Shown: positions 10,019-18,018 of the stretch, one piece after another | How the letters are laid out: every line of letters starts with the position of its first letter | Position numbering within the stretch: position 1 is the stretch's first letter | DNA from: an uncultured bacterium | GTDB lineage: Bacteria > Bacillota_I > Bacilli_A > RFN20 > CAG-826 | Direction: 5' to 3' | DNA length: 64,000 nt | Assembly: GCA_949297445.1 (NCBI GenBank) | Contig: CASFSS010000006.1 | Location: 31,228 to 95,227 of the forward strand | Notes under the pieces: model-generated | The model's input: the letters and a program-made list of their open reading frames with translations, nothing else | Databases searched by the model: none | Told to the model about the DNA's origin: nothing | Position numbers and translations under genes: made by a program

Positions 10019-10288
10019 ATGGCACTATCGAAAACTAGAGTTGCTGAAATCGTCAAAGAATACGGCAAAGATGAAAAAGATACTGGTTCAGTTGAAGTTC
10101 AAATTGCCCTCTTGACCGCTCAAATTAACGATTTGTCAGCGCATCTTAAAAAGAATAAAAAAGATGCTTCAGCAAGACGTGGACTATTTTTATTAGTTGG
10201 AAAACGTCGTGGTCTACTTGATTATTTAAATCGCACGGATCGTGACGGCTATATCAAACTATTACGTAGCCTCAATATTCGTAAATAA
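10019..10288 (+). CDS. rpsO: 30S ribosomal protein S15
   Basis: 89 aa with typical S15 sequence (GSVEVQIALLT..., RRGLL..L). AAGGAG ribosome-binding site. Confidence 0.97.
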   Translation: MALSKTRVAEIVKEYGKDEKDTGSVEVQIALLTAQINDLSAHLKKNKKDASARRGLFLLVGKRRGLLDYLNRTDRDGYIKLLRSLNIRK

Positions 10289-10306
10289 TCATCAAATTTT
10301 ATTTAT

Positions 10307-10335
10307 AAAAGAGCCACTATGTGGCTTTTTTTATT
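10307..10335 (+). terminator. intrinsic terminator after rpsO
   Basis: AAAAGAGCCAC-TAT-GTGGCTTTTT followed by a T-run. Confidence 0.8.
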
Positions 10336-10416
10336 TTAATATAAATTTTTTTGTCGTAAGTGATACCTTTAATGTGTTAAACTTTAAATAGTTTAATTGA
10401 AAGGTTAGAAAATAGT

Positions 10417-12606
10417 ATGAAAAATGTATTCGAATTAGATTTCGAAGGAAGAAAAATCGTCGTTGAAATTGGTGAACTTGCCAAACAAACGGCGTCAGCA
10501 GTTTTAGTTCGCTATGGCGAGACTGTTGTTTTGAGCAACGTCACAATGAGTGCTCATACGGTTGATTGGGACTATTTCCCGTTAACCGTCGAATACCAGG
10601 AAAGAATGTATGCAGCTGGCAAGATTCCTGGCTCCTTTTTACGTCGTGAATCACGTCCATCAACGCACGCCATTTTGGCTGGCCGTCTTACTGACCGCAC
10701 AATGCGTCCTCTTTTCCCTGAAGGATTTAGAAACGAAGTGCAAGTGGTTAGTCAAGTCTTAAGTGTCGACTATGATTATTCGCCCGAGATGACAGCAATG
10801 CTAGCATCATCTTTATGCGTTTCTATTAGTGATATTCCATTTGATGGCCCGATTGCTGGCGTTTATGTTGGCCGCGTCGATGGAAAATTTATTATTAATC
10901 CAACCGTCGAAGAAAAAGCAAAGTCTGATATTGATTTAGCGGTTGCTGGAACGGTTGATGCCATCAATATGGTTGAAGCCGGCGCCAAAGAAGTTAGTGA
11001 TGAAGATATGCTTGACGCTTTAATGTTTGGCCATGCTGCTGTCAAGAAACTATGTTTGTTTGAAAAAGAAATAATTGAAAAAGTTGGGCTTCCTAAGCGT
11101 GAAGTTCAATTGAAACTCATTCCTGATGAATTGCGCGAGGAGGTAACAAAAGTCGCTGACGCTCGTTTAAGAAAGGCGGTTTCAATCTTTGATAAATTAG
11201 AAAGACAACATGCAATCGATGAAATCGAGCAAGAAATTGAAGCTGAATATGCCGCAAAAGAATATCCAACTGAAAAAGATAAAAATACGACAGTTACTAA
11301 TGTCCATAATGTCATGGAAGATATTGTCCATAATGAAGTACGTCGTTTAATTACGGAAGAAAAAATTCGTCCAGATGGTCGTAAAGTTGATGAAATTCGT
11401 CCTTTGGACGCCCAAATCGATATTTTGCCGCGCGTTCATGGTAGTGCCTTATTTACAAGAGGACAAACCCAAGTATTGTCCGTAACCACTTTAGGACCGT
11501 TGAGCGATGAACAAATAATTGATGATCTTACTCCGGTCGAAACCAAACGTTTTATGCACCATTATAATTTCCCTCAATGGTGCGTTGGTGGCACTGGTAA
11601 ACTCGGCGTTTTAGCAAGACGTGAAGTTGGGCATGGTGCATTAGGCGAAAGAGCATTATCATATGTAATTCCATCCGAAGAAGAATTCCCATATACAATT
11701 CGTGTCGTCAGCGAAGTTTTAGAGTCAAATGGCTCGTCTTCGCAAGCTTCTATATGTGCTGGTTGTATGTCTTTGATGGCTGCTGGCGTGCCGATTAGCG
11801 GAATGGTCAGCGGCATCGCTATGGGACTTATTACTTCTGGTCCATTAGATGGTAAACACCCATATACAATATTGACCGATATTCAAGGTTTAGAAGATCA
11901 CTTTGGTGATATGGACTTTAAAGTTGCTGGTACAGCAAAGGGCATTACAGCCTTACAAATGGACATCAAAATCGAAGGTGTCACGAAAGAAGTTTTAGCC
12001 GAAGCTTTGCATCAAGCCAATCGCGCTCGTGCTGAAATTCGCGCCGTGATGGAGAAAGCGATTGCTGAACCGCGTCCCGATGTCAGCAAATACGCACCAA
12101 AACTTGATAAATTGCAAATTGATGTCGATAAGATTCGTGATGTTATCGGTACCGGCGGTAAGGTAATTAATGATATCATCGCTAAATGCGACAATTGCAA
12201 GATTGATATTAGCGACGATGGTCATGTCGTCATTTATCATATGGACCGCGATGTCATTAATCGAGCGAAAACAATGATTGAAGATATCGTTAGAGAGGCT
12301 AAAATTGGCGAAGTTTATGATGGCGTCGTCACACGTGTGGAAGATTATGGCGCATTTGTTAAACTATTTGGTAATGTTGAAGGTTTATGCCACGTTTCCC
12401 GCCTCGCCTATGGTTATATTGAAAAAGCTCAAGATGTTGTAAAAGTTGGTGATGTTTTAAAAGTTCGCGTGACGGAAATAGACGACCACGGTAAAGTGAA
12501 AGTTTCCCACCGTGAATTTACTGAAAAACCTGATGGCTATATCGAAAAACCTGATTTATGTAAACCAAAACATTTTGGGGCAAAAAATAAAAAAGGAAAC
12601 AAATAA
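10417..12606 (+). CDS. pnp: polynucleotide phosphorylase
   Basis: Two RNase PH domains, a KH domain (IGTGGKVINDI) and an S1 domain (GEVYDGVVTRVEDYGAFV). 729 aa. Confidence 0.97.
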   Translation: MKNVFELDFEGRKIVVEIGELAKQTASAVLVRYGETVVLSNVTMSAHTVDWDYFPLTVEYQERMYAAGKIPGSFLRRESRPSTHAILAGRLTDRTMRPLFPEGFRNEVQVVSQVLSVDYDYSPEMTAMLASSLCVSISDIPFDGPIAGVYVGRVDGKFIINPTVEEKAKSDIDLAVAGTVDAINMVEAGAKEVSDEDMLDALMFGHAAVKKLCLFEKEIIEKVGLPKREVQLKLIPDELREEVTKVADARLRKAVSIFDKLERQHAIDEIEQEIEAEYAAKEYPTEKDKNTTVTNVHNVMEDIVHNEVRRLITEEKIRPDGRKVDEIRPLDAQIDILPRVHGSALFTRGQTQVLSVTTLGPLSDEQIIDDLTPVETKRFMHHYNFPQWCVGGTGKLGVLARREVGHGALGERALSYVIPSEEEFPYTIRVVSEVLESNGSSSQASICAGCMSLMAAGVPISGMVSGIAMGLITSGPLDGKHPYTILTDIQGLEDHFGDMDFKVAGTAKGITALQMDIKIEGVTKEVLAEALHQANRARAEIRAVMEKAIAEPRPDVSKYAPKLDKLQIDVDKIRDVIGTGGKVINDIIAKCDNCKIDISDDGHVVIYHMDRDVINRAKTMIEDIVREAKIGEVYDGVVTRVEDYGAFVKLFGNVEGLCHVSRLAYGYIEKAQDVVKVGDVLKVRVTEIDDHGKVKVSHREFTEKPDGYIEKPDLCKPKHFGAKNKKGNK

Positions 12607-12607
12607 A

Positions 12608-14053
12608 TTGTACGACGTAATTGTCATCGGAGCCGGTGTCATCGGCTCCTTAATTGCTCGGGAACTAGCTCGCTATGAACTAGATGTTTTATTGCTTGAT
12701 AAAGAAAATGATGTTGGTAACGGCTCTTCTATGGCTAATAGCGCTATCGTGCACGGTGGTTATGATCCTGTCCCAGGCACCAAGAAAGCATATTTTAATG
12801 TTCGTGGGAATGCCCTTTATGAACAAATGTGCGATGAACTAGATGTTTCATTAGGCAAAATTGGTTCTTTGACGGTCGCGACCGAAGATGAACAACTGCC
12901 AATTTTAAAAGAACTTGCTCTAAGAGCAAAAGAAAATGGCGTGCAAGTTGAGTTACTAGATCGCCAAGCGACTTTAGATATTGAACCAGGTTTAGTTGAT
13001 GCTGTAAAAGGATCTTTGTTAGCTAAAAGCGCCATGATTGTCAATCCGTTTACTTTAGTGGCGCACGCCGTCGAAAACGCTCTTGATAATGGCGTTTCAC
13101 TAAAGCTTGGACAAAAGGTCATTAATATTGTCGAAAAGGACGGTGCTTTTGATGTCGTTACCGAAAAGACAACATTTTCGACTAAGATTGTCATCAACGC
13201 TGCCGGACTATATGGCGATAAGATAGCTAAATTGCTTGAACCAGATCTTCCATTAGATATCATGCCACGCAAAGGCGAATATTATGTTTTAGATCACTTT
13301 GGTCGCTATTTGGTTAATCATGTTATTTTCCCTTTGCCAAGCGCGAAAGGAAAGGGAATTCTAGTCTCTCCCACGACTTCCAACAATTTTATTGTTGGTC
13401 CTAGTTCTGAGCCCGTCGATTCGCTTGACGATTTGTCGACCGATAAGTTAACGCTTGATTCGGTTAAGCAAGGTGCATTATCGTTAGTTAAAACAATTCC
13501 TTTTAACGAAACAATTCGTGTTTTTAGTGGCCTAAGGGCGACTCCCTCTACACACGATTTCTATATTGAAACAAAAAAAGATAACAAACATTTTATTAAT
13601 GTCATTGGCATTGAGTCTCCTGGTCTTGCTTCATCGCCAGCCATCGCTAAGTATGTTACGCAAGAGATGGTTGGTAAAGTTATTTCGCTTAAAGAAAAGA
13701 CCAATTTCAATCCTTGCGTCAAGAAGCGCATCGTCATCAAAACGCTTCCTAATGAAGTAGCTAACAAATTGATAAAGGAACGTCCTGAATATGGACAAAT
13801 GATTTGTAATTGCGAAAAAGTTTCTGTTGGCGAATTACTTGATGAATTAAATCGCAATAATCCGCCTAGAACAATCAAGGCGATTAAAAAACGCTTGCGA
13901 ATTGGCTTCGGCAAGTGTCAAGGAGGTTTTTGCCAACCGAAAATCGTCAAATTCCTTTCTGAATATTATGGTGTAAAGATGACTGACATTTTATATGACA
14001 AAGATGGTTCAAATATCCTTTTAGAAGAGACGAAAAAGGAGGCTAAAGAATAA
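12608..14053 (+). CDS. FAD-dependent oxidoreductase, GlpA/LhgO-like (putative glycerol-3-phosphate dehydrogenase/oxidase subunit) with a BFD-like [2Fe-2S] domain
   Basis: YDVIVIGAGVIGS dinucleotide fold. C-terminal ICNCEKVSVGEL...GKCQGGFC. I chose the TTG at 12608 (AAGGA upstream, 1 nt after the pnp stop); the track start at 12512 overlaps pnp. Confidence 0.8.
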   Translation: MYDVIVIGAGVIGSLIARELARYELDVLLLDKENDVGNGSSMANSAIVHGGYDPVPGTKKAYFNVRGNALYEQMCDELDVSLGKIGSLTVATEDEQLPILKELALRAKENGVQVELLDRQATLDIEPGLVDAVKGSLLAKSAMIVNPFTLVAHAVENALDNGVSLKLGQKVINIVEKDGAFDVVTEKTTFSTKIVINAAGLYGDKIAKLLEPDLPLDIMPRKGEYYVLDHFGRYLVNHVIFPLPSAKGKGILVSPTTSNNFIVGPSSEPVDSLDDLSTDKLTLDSVKQGALSLVKTIPFNETIRVFSGLRATPSTHDFYIETKKDNKHFINVIGIESPGLASSPAIAKYVTQEMVGKVISLKEKTNFNPCVKKRIVIKTLPNEVANKLIKERPEYGQMICNCEKVSVGELLDELNRNNPPRTIKAIKKRLRIGFGKCQGGFCQPKIVKFLSEYYGVKMTDILYDKDGSNILLEETKKEAKE

Positions 14054-15312
14054 TGGTTAATTATGATTTAGTTATTATTGGCGGTGGTTCCGCCGGTATG
14101 TCTGCAGCCATCGAAGCTTATGATTTAGGCATCCGTAATTTAGTTATCTTAGAAAAAAATGGCTACCTAGGTGGCATATTGGATCAATGCATTCATAATG
14201 GTTTTGGCCTCGAAGAATTTAAAGAGGAATTAACCGGACCAGAATTTATGAGTCGTTTTGCCAAACAAGTTAACGAGCGAAAGATTCCTGTAAAATATGG
14301 AACAACTGTCACAAATTTATCTAAAGATAAAGTCATCACTTATATAAATAAAGAGAAAGGAAAAGTTCAAATCGGCGCTTCCTCAATTATTTTGGCAACT
14401 GGTTGCTATGAGCGAAGTGCAGGCGCAATTATGCTAGGCGGCGATCGTCCAGCCGGCATTTATACCGCTGGTCAAGCCCAACTTTATTTGAATAATTATG
14501 GTTATCTTGTTGGAAAAAAAGTATTTATTTTAGGCAGCGGAGACATTGGCTTAATTATGGCTCGACGAATGACGCTTGAAGGAGCAAAAGTTTTAGGCGT
14601 GGCCGAATTAATGCCATATTCTGCCGGATTAAACCGCAATATCGTTCAATGCTTGCAAGATTATAATATTCCCTTATACTTATCGACGACTGTTAAGACG
14701 GTTATTGGTAAAGAGCGGCTAGAAAAGATTATTTTGGCCAAGGTTAATGAAAAATTTAATTTTATCCCCAATACTGAGTTTACAGTCGAATGCGATACTC
14801 TTTTACTGTCGGTTGGTCTATTACCTAACGTCTCACTGATACAAAACTTGCCAGTAAGTTTATCGTCAACGCGCGGAATGCGTGTCAATGAATATATGGA
14901 AGGAGACATTCCTGGCCTATTTAGTTGTGGCAATGTTTTGCATGTTCATGATTTAGTCGATATGGTCGTCAAAGAAGCTCGTCAAGCTGCTAAAGGCGCC
15001 TATTTATATTTGCACGGTCAACTTGAAAAGCACGAAAATGTCACTCTTTGTTTGGCGGAAGAAGGCATTTCCTATTTGTTGCCGCAAGTTTTATATCTAG
15101 ATGAAATCGACGAAGATGTGACATTCAAATTGCGTGTTCGTAAACCATATAAAGAAATATATATCGATTTAATCTTTAATGATCAAGTCATCAAATCAAT
15201 TTATAAAAACGCGATTGTTCCTAGCGAGATGGAAATATTTAAAATAAAGCGCTCATTATTTACGAGCAATCAGGGAAAACTTATTGCGAAAGTGAGGCAT
15301 AAAAATGGCTAA
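14053..15312 (+). CDS. FAD-dependent pyridine nucleotide-disulfide oxidoreductase (partner of the GlpA-like protein)
   Basis: DLVIIGGGSAGMSAA and a second Rossmann motif ILGSGDIGL. AGGAGG ribosome-binding site and a TAATG stop/start overlap. Confidence 0.8.
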   Translation: MVNYDLVIIGGGSAGMSAAIEAYDLGIRNLVILEKNGYLGGILDQCIHNGFGLEEFKEELTGPEFMSRFAKQVNERKIPVKYGTTVTNLSKDKVITYINKEKGKVQIGASSIILATGCYERSAGAIMLGGDRPAGIYTAGQAQLYLNNYGYLVGKKVFILGSGDIGLIMARRMTLEGAKVLGVAELMPYSAGLNRNIVQCLQDYNIPLYLSTTVKTVIGKERLEKIILAKVNEKFNFIPNTEFTVECDTLLLSVGLLPNVSLIQNLPVSLSSTRGMRVNEYMEGDIPGLFSCGNVLHVHDLVDMVVKEARQAAKGAYLYLHGQLEKHENVTLCLAEEGISYLLPQVLYLDEIDEDVTFKLRVRKPYKEIYIDLIFNDQVIKSIYKNAIVPSEMEIFKIKRSLFTSNQGKLIAKVRHKNG

Positions 15313-15655
15313 AGAATTAATTTGCATTGTTTGCCCACGTGGTTGTCGCTTATCGGTTGATGAAAAGATGAATGTTACTGGTAATTTTTGTCCGCGCGGT
15401 ACGAAATATGCCATTATGGAACTTACTCATCCGACGCGCATGGTAACCTCGACGGTTAAAATTCGTTTAAAAAACGGTTATTATCGCTTGCCAGTTAAGA
15501 CAAATATCGCGATTCCTAAAGAAAAAATCTTTGATATTATGCGGGAAATTGATAAAGTATTAGTAGTAGGACCAATAAAAATTGGCGATGTTATAATCAA
15601 AAACGTTTGTGGTCTTGGTGCCGATATTATTGCCACTAAAAATATGGAGGAGTAA
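15305..15655 (+). CDS. DUF1667 domain protein (third member of the GlpA-like trio)
   Basis: 116 aa with N-terminal CIVCPRGC...FCPRG cysteine motifs. Overlaps the upstream gene by 8 nt. Confidence 0.75.
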   Translation: MAKELICIVCPRGCRLSVDEKMNVTGNFCPRGTKYAIMELTHPTRMVTSTVKIRLKNGYYRLPVKTNIAIPKEKIFDIMREIDKVLVVGPIKIGDVIIKNVCGLGADIIATKNMEE

Positions 15656-15663
15656 TTTCAAGT

Positions 15664-16215
15664 ATGAAAGCATTTATTGTAAGTGATATTCACGGTTCGT
15701 TGAAGGCCGCCGAAGCGATAGACAAAATTATTCAAGCTGAAAAACCAGATATGATTTTGATGCTAGGCGATTTTTTGTATAACGGCCCCCGCAATGGTGT
15801 TTTTGACGATTATGATCCGATGGGTGTCGTTGAGATATTAAATAAATATAGCGATAAAATTATCGCTGTGCGCGGTAATTGTGACTCGCGTATCGATCAA
15901 GAATTGCTCGGCTTTAAGATGCCTGATGTCAACGAAGTGATGTTCCATGGTCGCCGTTATGTGATGGTGCACGGTGATTTGCTCGATAAAAGCATGGTCA
16001 CGTTGAATCAAGGTGATATTTTGCTTTATGGTCACACACATTTGCCAAATATCGAGGTAGTTGATGGCGTCTTATTGCTTAATCCCGGATCAATTACTTT
16101 TCCAAAACAAAAAGATCATGAAAAGACTTACATGATTATAATCGATAATGAACTACGATTATATGGCGGTGAAGGCAAACTGATTGCCTTAAAAAATATT
16201 GACGAATTAATTTAA
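15664..16215 (+). CDS. YfcE/MJ0936-family metallophosphoesterase
   Basis: Motifs SDIHGS, LGDFLY, RGNCD, VHGD and GHTH. GGAGGAG ribosome-binding site. Confidence 0.85.
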   Translation: MKAFIVSDIHGSLKAAEAIDKIIQAEKPDMILMLGDFLYNGPRNGVFDDYDPMGVVEILNKYSDKIIAVRGNCDSRIDQELLGFKMPDVNEVMFHGRRYVMVHGDLLDKSMVTLNQGDILLYGHTHLPNIEVVDGVLLLNPGSITFPKQKDHEKTYMIIIDNELRLYGGEGKLIALKNIDELI

Positions 16216-16244
16216 ATGCAATATTTGCTTGAGATATAAAATTT

Positions 16245-17924
16245 ATGGATAACAAAATACGTGTTTTTGCTTTAGGAGGCCTCGATGAACTAGGTAAAGA
16301 TTTATATGTCATCGAGATTGACAATGATATTTTTATCATTGAGTGCGGCATAAAGCTACCTGATAAGACGATGCCAGGTATCGACTTTATCATGCCACAA
16401 TTCGACTATCTTGTCGAAAATAAGGAGAGAATTCGCGCCTATATTATTACGCATGGTCACGATTTAGAAATAGGCGCGTTGCCATTTATTTATCATCAAT
16501 GTCCTGCACCAGTATATTGTACGAATGTAACGCGCGTTTATATCGAAGGATTTAAACGTTACACATCGATGCACGATGTGAATATTAAATACGAAATTGT
16601 TAATCCAACCGACGAAAGAATAATAGCTGGTCGCCAAGTTCGTTTCTTTTCGACCGCTCATAATATCGCGCAATCGTTTGGCGTCGCTATTTCAACGGAG
16701 CAAGGAAATATCATTTTTATTGATGATTTTGTTATCGATTATAATGGCACGCCTGGATTTATTTATGATGCGAAGGCGCTCGCCAAAATCGGTGAAGAAA
16801 AAACTTTATTATTGATGCTTGAATCTGTCTATGCTGACCGCATCGGATACACGGCGCCCAAATACAAAGCAGCGCCATCATTAATTAGTGCCATTAAAGA
16901 CGCGAAAGGTCGACTCGTTTTCGCCATACCTTCGACCGATATTTATAACTTTGTTAGTCTCGCTCAATTGGCCATCCAATTTAATAGAAAAATCTTTGTT
17001 TACGATGATGAGACACGCGAATGTTATTCGGCCTTAAGAACGGTGGAACCATCCTTTAACGTTCCCGAGCGCGCTGTTGGTCATCGCGACGATATAAATC
17101 GCTATAAAGAAAGTGACATTGCCATATTTATGACGGGTTTTGGACCTAAATTATTCCGTAAATTGGAACTATTTGCCACCAAAGCTAACTCTGATCGCCG
17201 CTTGCGCATCAGCGAAAACGACACGGCAATTGTCGTCAATCCCTTCGCTTATGAAAATGAAATTAGCGAAAATGATGCGATTAATGAACTATATCGCGTC
17301 TTAAATAATGTCAAATATTTCCGTCGCAACGAATTTCTTAAAATGCACGCCTCCGAAGATGATTTGCGCGGTGCTATTTCTCTCCTCGCTCCTAAATATT
17401 ATTTGCCGGTGCGCGGTAGTTTCTCTTCCTTACTAGCCAACGCTAAAATCGCCTTAAACACTGGCCTAGGTTTAAACCATCAAAATGTTTTTGTGCTCGA
17501 TAACGGAACCGTCTTAGAGATTACAAAAAATGGTGCCTATATTGCCAAAGAAGAAGTTAAGCATGGCGACTTGTTGATTGATGGGAAGGTGTTTGGCACG
17601 CATGATTCGAAAGCACTTGAGGAACGACAAAAGCTCAGCGACGATGGAGTAGTCGTTTTAGGAGCGACCATTTCATTATCAAAAAGAGCAATTGTCCTCG
17701 GCCCCGATGTCCAGATGCGCGGTTTTGTTTTCTTAAAGGATTCTGAAATGATTCTTCGCGAAGTGACAAGAGGCTTTATTGCTTGCATTAAACAAGAACT
17801 AGCAAAAGATAATTTTAACGTTAATAATTTATACCAAATCATTGACGAAACAATCTATCGTCAAGTACGGCGCGAAACCGGCAAAGGACCTTTGATTATT
17901 CCACACGTCGCAATGATTGACTAA
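16245..17924 (+). CDS. rnj: ribonuclease J homologue (metallo-beta-lactamase/beta-CASP) with a degenerate motif II
   Basis: RNase J-like N-terminus (IRVFALGGLDELGKDLYVIE), and the STAHNIAQS and DDFVIDYNGTP motifs. 559 aa. Motif II reads THGHDLE where HGHEDH is expected. Confidence 0.85.
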   Translation: MDNKIRVFALGGLDELGKDLYVIEIDNDIFIIECGIKLPDKTMPGIDFIMPQFDYLVENKERIRAYIITHGHDLEIGALPFIYHQCPAPVYCTNVTRVYIEGFKRYTSMHDVNIKYEIVNPTDERIIAGRQVRFFSTAHNIAQSFGVAISTEQGNIIFIDDFVIDYNGTPGFIYDAKALAKIGEEKTLLLMLESVYADRIGYTAPKYKAAPSLISAIKDAKGRLVFAIPSTDIYNFVSLAQLAIQFNRKIFVYDDETRECYSALRTVEPSFNVPERAVGHRDDINRYKESDIAIFMTGFGPKLFRKLELFATKANSDRRLRISENDTAIVVNPFAYENEISENDAINELYRVLNNVKYFRRNEFLKMHASEDDLRGAISLLAPKYYLPVRGSFSSLLANAKIALNTGLGLNHQNVFVLDNGTVLEITKNGAYIAKEEVKHGDLLIDGKVFGTHDSKALEERQKLSDDGVVVLGATISLSKRAIVLGPDVQMRGFVFLKDSEMILREVTRGFIACIKQELAKDNFNVNNLYQIIDETIYRQVRRETGKGPLIIPHVAMID

Positions 17925-17944
17925 CAAAGACTTATTTTTGAAGG

Positions 17945-17970
17945 AAAAGCGAAATTTTTCGCTTTTTTTC
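17945..17970 (+). terminator. intrinsic terminator after rnj
   Basis: AAAAGCGAAA-TT-TTTCGCTTTT followed by TTTC. Confidence 0.75.
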
Positions 17971-18018
17971 TAAAATTTTTCTTTAATATAAAATTTTAAA
18001 TAATATATAATATGAGTT

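Noticed and set aside
12512-12607. Long N-terminal extensions implied by several ORF-track starts (12512, 8203, 36045, 60640, 1698, 23696)
   Set aside because: Each extension overlaps the upstream gene, a promoter or a terminator and lacks a ribosome-binding site. In every case an internal ATG or TTG with a good ribosome-binding site matches the expected family N-terminus.
16136-16393. 85-aa minus-strand ORF spanning the yfcE-rnj junction
   Set aside because: It overlaps two well-supported + strand genes, has no ribosome-binding site or promoter, and lies in a uniformly + strand operon context.
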